Position numbers and translations under genes: made by a program
Notes under the pieces: generated by a model
Told to the model about the DNA's origin: nothing
Database searches by the model: none
The model's input: the letters and a program-made list of their open reading frames with translations, nothing else
Origin: Moniliella sp. 'wahieum'
Lineage: Eukaryota
DNA: 64,000 nt
NCBI GenBank assembly: GCA_003971905.1
Contig: RSEE01000049.1
Location: forward strand, 434,001 to 498,000
Direction: 5' to 3'
In this document: piece by piece, positions 12,752 to 25,160 of the stretch
Layout of the letters: the number at the start of each line of letters is the position of its first letter
How positions within the stretch are numbered: the stretch's first letter is position 1

Positions 12752-15107
12752 CTAGGTCGTGTGGTGTGCGGCGTTCTTACGGTCGTGGTGAAGCTCATCC
12801 TCCAACCGTTCTGCTTCGCGATCCAGGTTGTTGAGGTGCTCCTCTTGACGGTCCAGGTTGTAGAACACTGTATATAGCAAAAGCGAATTAAAAGTAGTTA
12901 GTTTCCTGTTGGTCCGGCCTCGATAGAAATGACGTAAATACGCAAAAGATGAACACAATGCCTGCTCCAGACGAAAGACCGGCGACGATGGCATAGTTCT
13001 CCACCAACTTGGGGTCTTCACTGATGGGAGTAAACGCCTCGCCAATTGCCGAGCTGATGGCCGAGGTGAAGAGTTGGATGCCCATCACGAAAGACTTCAT
13101 TTTCTTGGGCGCCTTCGAATATGCGTACTCGAGTGCAGGGACGTTAACAAAGAGCTCCGAGGTGGCAATGAGAATGTAGGCGCCGGATTGTTGCCAGACG
13201 GTAATGGGTACCTTGGTGTCGCACGTGGCAGCGTAGTTACCACACGGCGACTTCTTATAAATGAAGGCTGGGTAACAGCTGCGTACACCATGGCCAGCGC
13301 CGCAACCTGGTACCCGACGGCCATACGCTGCAGTGCCGACACCCGCCATCCACGGCGCCGTAGCATGGGGTAGACAACAAAGTCAAGAATGGGGACAAGG
13401 ATGATGATGGCTGCGATTTGTTGGCGGGAATAGAGTTAGAAAACAAACGAGGGCTTCCTTCAAAGGGGCGGGAGGAAACGTACCAATTGGGTCTAGGTTT
13501 GAATAATACTGTTAGGAACACCGTTCAGCTGCATGGTGGCGGCTTGAGAAAGAAGATTGGACGTCATTTGGTTGTACGCCAACTGGTAGATAGGCAAAAG
13601 ACAGAACACTTGGCACGCTTTAAACGTCCGGCGCACCTCCATTACCCACACATCATCGAATGCCATCCACTTGGGCCGCGTTTCCGGCGCATAACGACTG
13701 GGAAGAGCGTAGTCCCAAAAGTCGTCGGCTTTCATTTGCTTGCACATCTTGATTGGGTTCCAACTCAGGCAAGGCTTCGTGCAGTACCACAGGATACGGA
13801 AAGCAGACGGCATGAGGGATCCTGAGGGGGGCGTCTTGATGTAGTGGTTGCGCCAACAGTAAAGGATTGGTGCACAAATCAGCAGCAAAATGGTTGGAAG
13901 AGTGTACTCGAGCCAAAACCCAACGTACTCTGTAATTCAGAATGATTATTAGCGCCTGACTGCTCATCATCAACCGTAACAAGAGGATTGCCTCCAGGGA
14001 GACGTACTTTCAGAGTAGGCCATGCCAATTTGGCCACCAAGAGCGCCAATGTTAATGAACAGGTAGCTTTGTACAAGGTGTGAAGTCAGCAGCAGGTCGT
14101 ACTTTTCAGAGAATGATCACGTACAAGACCATGAAGAGACGCGTCAGAGTCAAGTTCGGGTCAATGATCACTTTCTCCCCGGACTGCTCCAACGTGGTGG
14201 TGTACATCTTGGTTGCTGACACCTGCTCGGCGATGAGGGGGCTCACCTGGTAGTAGGAACACCAGTCAGTATCACGTGTTATGGTAACACATCGTTCGAG
14301 AGGGACGAGAGGCCACGTACCGAAGACTTGAACCAGCCAGTGCCTACCAAAGATGATGATGGCAATAATGAGGCAGGCATATGCACCGTTGGCGTTATCC
14401 ATGACTGGGGGGAGGGCACTGACTGTCATGCGGAATGCACGCAATGTGTTTTGTCATGTCAGAAGGGCATATCGAGATGGGGATGGACGTACTAATGAGA
14501 ATAATGTGGCCTATCGTGGCGATGACCAAGGCAATGCCAATGGTCTTGAAGCGGCCCCAGTACGAGTCAGCCAGGTAGGCTCCAAGAAGTGGCATGCAGT
14601 AAACCCAGAACGAGTTAAATGTTGTGATGCCGAAAGCGGCACGTTGACCCTTGCCAAGGGCACCTGTCACGCCGTTCGAAGCTCGATTGGCACCGGTGCG
14701 GCCTCCTTGGCTGTATGCCGGACGGGGTTGTTGGATAAAATTGGTGAAGGCGTTGATCACACCGTAGTACGAGAAGCGTTCGGCCAGCTCACATACCGCC
14801 ACACAAATGCACGCCAGGGTACAGGGGCGGGGAGACGACGCAAAGTTTTGAGCTCGTCAATTGTGGGAACCGGGTGAGATTCGGCAGGATCGTAGCGATG
14901 GCATCTTTGCCTTGAAACTCCTCAAAGACATTAGCGTCGATTCATCTAGCTTCTTCTCGTCAATGTGGTCATTGCTTGAACCGTGGTTTCGAGAGCATGC
15001 TCCTCTTTGGACAACACAGCGACACCGTTGTTGGTACCCACTGGTTGGGGTGCTAGTATAGAGTGGGGAAACGAGGTCAGAAAAGGTGCATGAATACAAA
15101 TGGCCAT
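12752..15107 (-). CDS. PTR2: POT/PTR-family di/tripeptide transporter
   Basis: ELAERFSYYG (ExxERFxYY motif), PLLGAYLADSYWGRFKT, QAATMQLNGVP, LEYAYSKAPKKMKS; multiple introns. Confidence 0.92.
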
Positions 15108-18100
15108 GCTTTTATATGCAGAAAGGGAGGTAAGGACGTACGGGAAGCCATAGTGATAACGATCGAAGAATGTGCACGGATCGAAGGGACGGGGATCAAG
15201 CCCAACGCAGAGCCTTCAGCGATGAAGTGTGGGGATGAGGGGGTCGGCTGAAATTATGGGGTTGTAGTTTTACCAGCAGGTGGTAAGAAAACTACAGCGG
15301 CAAGGGGAGGGTCCAAGGATGAAAAAGAGAATCCACGGAGGGTATGCGTCGCTTATATATGCATCGCTGATGTGTGCAAATGCGATCAGACTCCCATATA
15401 CTTGGGGAAAACCCATGATACAGAAGAGACTCAGGTCAGGCGCTAGAGACAGCCACAGCCGTAGACCGCGCTCCCTCTACCGCAAAAGCCCAGCCCCAGC
15501 ACCTGAGGCAGTGTGTGGGCAGACAAAGGACAGGATTCTACGTATCCAGTGGTAATGCATAATGGCGGAGCCACAGCAGCTAGCTAGCTTATCTTGGCCC
15601 CGACGGTTCTTGCTATATAATACGGACGCCAACACTGCCCCCCTATGGCGGGAAGCAAATCGAGGCTTAAGCCCCCCCCGCAATGTCAATACAGGTACAG
15701 GGCCAAGCTTGGCAACGGCTGACACTGGCGCCAAGCCGCGCGAAATTTCGACGCAACACTGCACTAGTGCTGGGTGGCGGCATTTTTGCGTCGACGGATG
15801 GCAGTGTTATACCGTGGCCTTGGCCTCAGGCGCTCTTGGCACACACCGCCGCCTTGCCTATCTCTCACAGCTGCGTATCTATATCAACTAAAAGCCTCTC
15901 GTGGAAGGTGGCACCTGATGGTGCCTGCCGTTCCTGCATTGGGTGTCCCTGGATAACATGGATGACAACATGTGGCCTCTGAGAGATCTGGAGGAAGAAG
16001 CGCCGGACGCACTGTGGCATGCACAGAAGATAAGCACTCCCCCAGACATTCGGCGAAGGTGACACCGTTGGCAACGAATAATCGTTGAGGTCATTAATCA
16101 TTAACGGCATGCCTTCGTATATTCCAGCCTCTTGCAGTGGAAGCTGTAACAAAAGGACACACAAATCGTTAATTGTTATGACACCGCTGCGGCTCAGCGC
16201 TCAGACTGAACACGGAACGTACTGAACGAAGGCGCACTAATCTTTCGACGTATAAAGCTCCACAAAAGATTGGCCGACGAAAGAGATAATAAAGATGTGT
16301 ATAGAGACGAGATGAGAGCCGGCGCTGACCTATATGCTTTTGTTACGGCGTTTTGTATGAATTAGAAACGACGATGTAATAGATATTCCCTATGCCTTTT
16401 CCTTTATATTCTCCCCTCCTACCTACTGACCGCAGGCTGATTAAAGTGGTGCCTTGTGCTGATTAAAGTGGTGCCTTGTGCCGCCACTTTAAGAGGGCTG
16501 CTGAAACTTGAATGGCTGTAAACGCAGCATGTGAGCGCTTAGTAGTTACTACGCCGACATGAACCGCGTTTTTGTGATGCATGTGATGAGAGCGCCTGAG
16601 CCCTTCTGCCAGAGGTTTGAAGCTTGAAGCCTCAGGCCCTGATGGCTGAACTGATGTGCTTAGAGAGTCAGGCCTCAGGAGCTAATCAACCTGATTGCTC
16701 AGCTGAGCGGCTGAGCGGACAGACTGACTGGACATGGTATGGGACAAGGATGGTCGAGATGGCATCTTCTGTGGCCCACTGCAGAGGCTAGCCCCGCAAA
16801 ACGTATCATTCATCATACATCATCGACATTCATGATATTCATGCATCATGTTATGTCGGTGAATATTGAACGAGACTATGTATCTCCGCACGGCGGCACC
16901 GCCGCACTGACAGTGACTACTAGTGAGTTCTCACTTCTGAGATCTGAGAGAGAGAAACGCTGAGACCTGTGACATTGGGGATTAATTGATGCTACGATGG
17001 ACCACAGATTGATGGATCGAATTGATCATCGATGATTGTTCATGACATGTACGCGCCCCCCTACTGTACGGGATCTCGGAAGTGCGCCTTAGTGCGCCCC
17101 CTGCTGGAAGGCTTTCGCGGGCCGTTTTTTGTTTTTAAATCGGGTCGCTATAGTTCTGTTTGGGGTCTCTGCGCAGTGCATCGTATGCATACCGATACTA
17201 CAAGTACACAGAAGGTGTAAGAAGAGAGGGGAGGCGCCATTAGTTCCAGTCACTAGTTACTAGGCACACAGTTATACGGTCCCAAAACCTGTTTCGACTT
17301 CCCGGCGTGGCGCGCGCAGACCGAAACCATGCGTTTGCCAAGTCTGATCAATTGCCATCATGCTCCTCCATACACCATGCTTCTTCAAGCTTCAAGCTTC
17401 AATAGACAGGGTGGACAGGATGTTGTGAGATTTAGTGAGAACCGCAATCGTTGTATTCACATGCTGATGATCATCACTCTGTTGACTGAAATAGCAGAGG
17501 GCACTGGAAAAGGTCATATCGATCTGTGTACAGTTCAACGCTTATATAGTTTGTGTTGTGTATGTAGGATTCGCATCCAATCTCCGGTCTTGAGGTGTTT
17601 GCAAATACTACCCACACAGTGTATGTCATCCGGGCCTATAGGCCGAGGGGGTCTCCCAATCATCGCCCCATCCACGCCATATCCATGGGGCTGGTGCGAG
17701 CCGCATGCCTTATGGAACGGCGTAGCGCAAGAGAACCAGCGAAAACTCGCTAGAAACGTGCGGTATGAAGTACCGACGCTCGCTTCCCTCTTCCACGGAT
17801 GTGTCAAAGCAGCCCTGACCCCTTCCCCGGGCGGGTAGCCCTCCGCCGTAATGACCAGGGACACAAAAAGGCGACTGATGATGTGCTCACTTGAGGTCAT
17901 TTTTGCCTTGCCCCGTGTCGACAAAAACGTCCATCTCCTTATTCCTGCACAGCTCGTATACCGGGGTGGTGGGGGCGTGTTGGTGACGGACGCGGCGCCT
18001 CTCGGCGTCACGCGTCTTGTTCCCGAAGGAAGTCCAAGACATATTAGGTTGTACGATGTCATCAAGGTACTTTTGAAGGCAATGATGCTGTCATCTTGAT

Positions 18101-18317
18101 GCCTGTTCGGTTGGTGGTGGTCGTAGTGCCTGGGGCGCTTCAATTTGGCGAAGGGGCCTCAACAAAGACGGGGCTTGCCCCCCCCCCCATTGGCATATAC
18201 AGCTTGGCTGTGATCTCGTTCCCAATTCCAATCTCTTGTTCGCCCCAAGCGTCTCCCTCCTTTCCTCTTCCTTCGCTTCGCACATTGTCATCTGCTCTTG
18301 CTTTCTCCCCACGAACG

Positions 18318-19031
18318 ATGCTACAACCCTTGGCCTAGTCTCCACTCTGGTCTCCCTCGCCTTAGCCGCGCCTGTGACACCGCTCAATCCAAAAACGAAA
18401 GGTACTGTTGTGCCCTCGATGCCCGCACCCATTCTTAAAGGGGTACCGTCCGGACGAATGGGGCCTCTGCCCCTCACCCCCCTTCCCATTCTGCTTTCGG
18501 CTGCTCCCATTATTTGCGGTTGGTCCGTGGCGCATGCTTACCCTTGTGACGGTTCAGCTAATCGGCTCTCCTTATTTCTTTCCCTCTGTCACCCGAACGA
18601 CTTTTTATATTCGGCTTCCTGCCCCGGTTCGACTATCGTCAGGGAAATATTGCTTCCCGTGTTCCCACTTCGTCTTGACTCCCGTCGGTGCTTCTCTCTA
18701 CCACAAGCCCCGAAAATGTATCATCAATCATCCGATTACTCCGAAACCCAGTGGCATTTTCAAGGCATCTGGTGATTCTCTTCATTTTAGCCGCTATTCC
18801 TGGCTTCGTGCCTGTCCCCACCTTGAATTCTATCAAAACATCGGGAACCATTCTCACTTTCAGGTTCATGAAGGGCGCGCCTCCCTTTCCTCTGCAATGG
18901 GGAGACAATACCAGAGAATGGCCAGTGGAAGTCGACAAGCTCTGCCCACGCTGCTGTATACAACGCTGGCTCTGCATGACCCCTCTGAGAGAGAGTCCCA
19001 TATTTCCTGTGAAACCGATCCTGCCTCATGA
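18318..19031 (+). CDS. Possible small secreted protein, no recognised domain
   Basis: ATG at 18318 followed, after a 1-nt shift, by signal-peptide-like LGLVSTLVSLALAAP; downstream frames open but unrecognisable. Confidence 0.3.
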
Positions 19032-19264
19032 AACTTGAGGCCTGAAAAGCAGGAGATATCCGCGTTCTAAGGGTGGGTTTTAGATCGTCAACAGGGGCCA
19101 GTATAGTACACCGATTATCCAGGAGGGCGGACAACAGTAGATGAAATAATTGCGCCCCTGCATAAAATCGTCCTTCGCGATGATCGCGCAGAAACCAGGA
19201 TCGGCTCCTGTGGTATGTGGCGCACACGGCAGACAATGAGTAGAGGCAGGAGTGGAGTTGAATA

Positions 19265-20906
19265 TTAGTACAGGATCTGAGACACTGCAGTCCCAGTTTC
19301 CGCCAACGACGATCCCCGAACAAAATGTGGTTGATCCGAGGAAATGGTACCCAGCAGGCGTGTGCCGTTATACGGGTGGGTAATCTCCATTTTCTTATCA
19401 GGGCGTATACGCAGGGAGAAGAGTTCAATCTGCCACGTCTGAACCGTAAAATCGCCAACGAAAGAGGGGTGGTGGGTGAGAGAGAGCCGCCCGCGATGAC
19501 AAGCAATGTGCGAATGAAGCTCCACTACCCCGCGGGAACGGAGTCGAGGTACGTGATTGAAACGGCACCGATTTCACTCGAGACATGCACATAGAGAGCA
19601 GGGTCACTCCGGGGCGGGTAGACTTGGACCACCAACATATTGATTGCCGCATTTATGTTGCCAGATAAGGTGCGCAGGTCCACGTCCCCCCCGAATCAGG
19701 CGAAGAATTACTCCCCAAGGGGAAAAGCTCGACATCAATCGTGCCCGAGACGGAGTAAATCGAAATTTGGCGGGTCTGGGCAATACGGCAATTGAAGCTG
19801 CCATAGTATGCGAGGGCATGGACCAAATCCGAGACGACAGCGGCGAGGCGGATGTGTCCTATTCGGCTCCGCAGGGCGATTTCAGCGCCATCATCAGAGG
19901 TGGTGAGGTCGTCCAAGCTAGAAATATCGCCACTGTCGGTGACGAGAGAGATGTTGCTTGTTGTGCCGACAAGTCCATCCATCTCGATTGCCCCACTGGT
20001 CGTTTCAAGAACAAGTGAGTGCAACGGCGCATGCCAAGGCGTTCGTGGCGCACGGCGCAAGTCCATCTCAATAACCATTGCTCTCGATGACACATCTAGC
20101 GCCACCGAGCGAAACAAGGGTACAGACAGATTTGCCTTTACCTGCACCCCAGCCCCTGCGTTGTCCGAAGAACCAAAGGTCCAGCCCTGGTGAGTGCACT
20201 GGGTCCCATCGCCAACCCTGATACACCCGGATTCAACCTCAGCCAGTGTCACTCGCCGCACTTCTTGTGGGGTGGCCGCAGATATGGTCACATTAAGATG
20301 GACCATTGCCGGGGCCAAGGGTAAGGGAGCCTCAATTACCAAAACTGGGTCAATACGCTCAATGGGAATGGGGTGGGAGGGGAGATCTTGCATGATTCGG
20401 GCCCTATAATCCATCCGAGGACCAGGCTGACCAATTCCGAAAGCAGGATCCGGCTCCGGTTGAATGAGGATGTTTCCTCCATGAGAGCCATAGGAATGAA
20501 GGAAGACACCAAGAGGTTGCACAGAATTAGGTTTGGAGTGCTCTTGGAGTCGGACGAGGGGCAAGGCGAGCTCGAGATGTGTGGTATAAAAAGCCGATCC
20601 GGCGCTTTGACGCGCAGCGGGGAGAGGAATTACTCGGCGTAGGATCGTACCGTTGGGAAGATAGGGTTGAGGGGACGGTTCCATTTGCGACGTCAAGAAC
20701 AAGAAAAGGGCGCCGCCAAGAACAAGGTAGAGCACGAGGTGGGCGAGTAGGCGCAGTTTCTTTCGCTTCCGGCGGAATCCATTGGGGCGGGCACTTTCTC
20801 CATCTACGATCGTATCGTACGAAGGTGGGAGCGCATCGGGGTCATAGAGATGCGTGTGCTCGTCGGCCTGCTCGAGTGGTGAGATATGTGGAGGGAGGCC
20901 GGCCAT
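19265..20906 (-). CDS. Type II membrane protein with C-terminal beta-repeat (DUF4097/adhesin-like) region
   Basis: PPSY motif, basic stretch RRKRKK then TM segment LLAHLVLYLVLGGALFLFL; repeated L.TTSGAIE / VTDSGDI / SVSGTIDV strands. Confidence 0.6.
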
Positions 20907-21712
20907 AAAGGAGCAGCGCGAGAAGCCTGGATGGGAGAAGAGATGGGGGCAGGAGCCGAATAAGAGCCAGCGGCAGAGGCAGAAGCAGGGGCAGAAGCAG
21001 GAGCAGAAGCAGGAGCAGCCGTGGACGCAGACGGTGGCGTTGCGTGGGGGCTGGAATGATAGGTAAACGGGGTGGGAGGGTGCGTGCGCGATGGCGTATA
21101 GGAGAGGGTAGACGGGGGATGCGGTGGGGGCGAGTGCGGCGAGGGCGGAAGCGGTGGGTCTGCTGTGGGGAGTGCTGCCGGGAGGATTGTGGCAAAGGAG
21201 GTTTGCGGTCAATGATGGCCATGGTGGTGTGGGAGGGAGCGTGTGGGCTGCGAAAGGCTGCGAAGCAACACGCAGATGCTAATCGCCGCGCTAATCGGCC
21301 CAACTGAATGCACGAACCCATGCCAACCTTCAATTTCAATTCTGATATCGCTTGCCATACTTCGCTTCTCAAAGCCATTTGGGATGGCCACATGGCCAAA
21401 CTCTCTTGCTCCAGAGACACTCATATGGCTCAGCCACTTCAGTATTCCTGCATCATGCATCATGCTCGCCCAGAAAAGTTCCGACTTTTCCCTTTCGGAT
21501 CTGCAATACAACTATGCCTCCGGCGCGAGAGGACGAGGAGGGCGAGAAGACAAGGAAAGGGGACGGGGGGGGGCGTGAATTACTGCGTTACAAAATACTA
21601 TATCAACGAGGTCGCACGCGCACAGGGCTGACAATCATCCTTCTAAGTAGATGCATCCTCACCGGCGATGACTGGCATTCCCACCCTTCCACATTTTTGA
21701 GAGGGAAACAAG

Positions 21713-22063
21713 TGCTAGAGTGCGACTTGGGAGCACTCGCGATCCTATGGATCAGCTGCAAAGCAGCCTTCAGACAAGGCGTGAAGGCAAAGTGGTGAGC
21801 CACAAGTCTTCAAGCAACGTCTCATTGTGAGGAGCAACAGGTCAAGAAAGGAAGCAGAGGCGTACCTTCAGACAAGGCGTGAAGGCAAAGTGGTGAGCCA
21901 CAAGTCTTCAAGCAACGTCTGAAGGGAAGGAGAAAGGAGAGAGAAGGGAGATGGAGCGAGCAGGGCGTGCGCGGCCTGCGAGCGGAACGCTTCCGCTCGG
22001 CTAGGCGAGCGTCACCGATCCATTGAGGGCCGCGCAGGAGAACCCTAGCAGTACCCTCTAACA
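21713..22063 (-). repeat. 3' LTR (351 bp)
   Basis: TGCTAGAG...CTCTAACA (imperfect terminal inverted repeat); matches 25960-26312 except for one GA unit. Confidence 0.95.
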
Positions 22064-22071
22064 GCCCCCTC
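22064..22071 (-). other. Polypurine tract
   Basis: Minus strand GAGGGGGC abutting the TG of the 3' LTR. Confidence 0.7.
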
Positions 22072-22217
22072 GGTGAGCTCGCCAGACCACAGGTGGTGGT
22101 GGTCCTCGGCCAAGGGCCAAGGCATGGATGAAAGAAGAAAGGATGTCTCCAGCGCCTCTGGTCAAAAAGTGAAAGGAAAACATAATTGGCAAGCGATGTT
22201 GCCAAGTCAAGGTAAGA

Positions 22218-22570
22218 GAAACAGTATATTCAACGCATGGAGGTAAGGAGGAAGCGTAGAAAGTCACAGAGGTCAATTCAACTTGGAAGTATAAACAACA
22301 TGTTCCAAGTCGAAACAGGATGTTCAGCGTATGAGGGAGGAAGCGTAGAAAGTCATAGAGGTCAATTCAACTTGGAGGTAGAAAACATGTTCCAAGTCGA
22401 AAGAGTATGCTGAACGTGTGCAGGTAAGGAAGTTTTGAAAGTCATAGAGGTCGATTCAACTTGGAGATATAGACAACATATATGCCAAGTCGAACCGAAG
22501 CCAAAGTCGAACAGTAAAAACGTAGAGTTGGAGGTCGAGTAGAGCCATAGAGGCAATTCAACTGGAAAAG
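22218..22570. repeat. Tandem array of about 89-bp units, 3 full copies plus 1 degenerate, each containing an ACTTGG..CCAAGT inverted repeat
   Basis: GAAAGTCA.AGAGGTC.ATTCAACTTGGA at about 22259, 22348 and 22437; degenerate copy near 22545. Confidence 0.85.
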
Positions 22571-22859
22571 AAACCAACAAGTCAAAGTGGCACAGTCATG
22601 AAAAAGAGAAAAAAGGACCAAATTCAGGACAGAAAAAGGATGACGACTGGTTCAACCGCCACGCGGACCAGCGTCAACGATGGTTCGAAAGTACCTTGTA
22701 GGTGATCAGTACACTTCGCAAGCAGCACCGCTGGCAAAGGAGCGACCAAAGTCTTCCGGGCCCGGGTCAGGGATGAAGTGCAACGGCTGCTCATGTAGCG
22801 TACACTAGAGACAGTGCCTCCCGTCTTGAGACAGCCAAAGAACTCCCACTTGGGCCAGA

Positions 22860-23330
22860 AAGGAAACCATAGCCGCCCATGCAGCCCACATAGTCAACAG
22901 CACCGCCAATCTTGGAACGGTCAAGGTACCCCGCGCGCGGGTCAGGTAGGAAACGGCCACAACCATTAGTGTAACCTAAACCGTCAACAGCGCCACTGCT
23001 CTTGAGACGGTCGAAGTATCCCCCGCCCGGGTCAAGTAGAAAATTGCCACAACCATTAGTGTAGCCGAAACTGTCAACAGTAGCACTGGTCTTGGGACGG
23101 TCAAAGTACCCCCCGCCCGTGTCAAAGAGGAAACTGCCACCGCTGTCAGTGTAGCCCAAACATAAACGGTGCCCCCGATCGTCGATCGGTCAAAGTACCA
23201 CTGGTCCGAGTCAGGTAAGAAACTGCCACAGCCGCCCGTGTAGCCCAAATCGTAAACGGTGCCTGTGGTCTTGGAACGATCAAAATACCACCCGCCCGGG
23301 TCAGATAGGAAGCCGTCAGAACCGCCCATC
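22860..23330 (-). repeat. Coding tandem array, 90-bp / 30-aa unit, 5 copies plus degenerate ones
   Basis: Y(F/L)DR anchors at 22921, 23011, 23101, 23190 and 23280; consensus GCG.FL.DPGGGYFDRSK..G.VD.LGYT. Confidence 0.9.
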
Positions 23331-23799
23331 ATGTTGGGTGCAATGGGAGAGCGGGACGTTAAAGCAGAGCACACAAGAGGACCAACGAGTCCGCACATTA
23401 CCTCCCTAGCTAACCAAGTAAGAAGGGCAGCTAGGGTGGCTTGCGTCGGTGTTGGGCCCCGGCCAAGAGACCTCAGGTCAGTATCAATATTCTCCCCGAC
23501 ATGACAATGTGTGCCTGAGGGTCGGTGCCGTGCCCGTGCTTAATTTGGAACAGGCAGGCCTGCCAACACATGGTGAGTATCGCTGAAAAGGGTGGGTGGG
23601 AGGGAACAGTAAGGCAAGGTGGTCCGGGCGCGTAAATGCATGTGCGGAAGGACGGGGGCAGCCCCCCTTTTTCCCGCATCCCGTCGATGGCCGCAAGCTC
23701 TGACACAGCGGCAATCGCCTTCCCTGCGTATGGTGCTAGGCCGACCGTGCAAAGCTTGTCCGCAAGCTCGGCGACCGTTAATTCTCCATGTCCAGCCGC

Positions 23800-24496
23800 C
23801 AGGTCGACACCGCCACACGCCATCGGCCCCCCTTGATCGGACGCTCGGCCAATAGCAGCGCGCGATATCGGTCCCCCTTGGTCAGGCACCAGGCCGACAC
23901 GTCCACACGCCATCGGCCCCCCTTTGTCAGGCGCTTGGCCAATGGCACCACACGCGGTCGGCCCCCCTTTGTCGGGCGCCTGGCCAATAGCGCCACACGC
24001 TATCGGCCCCCCTTGGTCGGGTGCCTGATGGACGTCAATGGGAACCGGGCCACCAAGCGCCTGGTCGGACGCCATGCCATCCACCGGCCCCCCTTTGTCA
24101 GACGCTAGGCCAACCACCGGCCCCCCTTGATAGGGTGCCAAGCCAACCACCGGCCCCCCTTGTCAGACGCTAGGCCAACCACCGGCCCCCCTTCATCGGG
24201 TACCGGGCCAGCCATCGTTTCCTCTTCATCGGGTGAAGAGGCACCAAGCGCCATCGGCCCCCCTTGGCCAGGCGCCTGAACTTTAACAGGTACCAGGCCA
24301 CCGAGCGCCTGATCAGGTGCCATGCCATCTACCGTCCCCACTGTATCAGGCGCCAGGCCAGCCACCGGCCCCCCTTGATCGGGTGCCAAGTCAGCCATTG
24401 TTTCCCCTTCATCGGGTGCAAAGGCACCGAGCGTAATCAGCCCCCCTTTACGAGGCGACGGGACTGCAACGGGTACCGGGCCACCAAGCGCCTGAT
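23800..24496 (-). repeat. Coding tandem array of (A/V)PD(Q/K)GGP units, about 33-bp and 48-bp periods
   Basis: More than 12 occurrences of GLAPDQGGPV / GQAPDKGGP.ACG in ORFs 24105..25160 and 23473..24150. Confidence 0.85.
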
Positions 24497-25160
24497 CGGT
24501 TGTCTGATCCTGAGCCACGATAGCAACTGACATGGACCTGGGGGAATGCACCTCCCGTGACGCATAGTCACCACCCGCTGGGGGTAAGTCCGGGCCGACA
24601 GATGCCATCGCAGCCACAGGATCCGGCTTGGCGATAGCAGCTGGCGTGGACCTGGGGGAATGCACCTCCCGTGACACATAGTCACCACCCGCTGGGGGTA
24701 AGTCCGGGCCGACAGATGCCATCGCAGCCACAGGATCCGGTTCGGCGATAGCAGCTGGCGTGGACCTGGGGGAATGCACCCCCAGTGACGCATGGTCACC
24801 ACCCGCTGGGGGTAAATCCGGACCAACAGATGCCATCGCAACCGCTGAAACCTGAGCAGCAACAGCAACTGACCCCTCCTGAAGCGAATGCGCCCCCGAC
24901 GTCGTATGGACTTGATCCGCCGGTCGTGAATCAGGGTCGACGGATTCCATCGGAGCCACAAGGTCATGAACCACGACAGCAGGTGACATGGACTCGGAGG
25001 AATGTGCTTCCGACGGAATACAGGCACCATGTTCTGTGAGTAAGTCCGGGCCAACAGACGGCATTGCTGCAACAGGGTCATACCCAACAGCAGCTAACTC
25101 AGCCCCGGACTTGGGACTAGCGGGATGCATCGTCAGTAAATCAGGACCAACGCGTGGCAT
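24497..25160 (-). repeat. Coding tandem array, 114-bp / 38-aa unit, 5 copies plus a partial copy
   Basis: GGACCTGGGGGAATGCACC at 24534, 24648 and 24762 (period 114); peptide AMASVGPDLPPAGGD.AS..VHSPRSTPAAIA.PDPVA. Confidence 0.9.

Noticed and set aside
22218..22570. CRISPR-like repeat/spacer appearance
   Set aside because: The whole unit, including the would-be spacer, is homologous between copies; it lies inside a eukaryotic LTR element and no cas genes are present.
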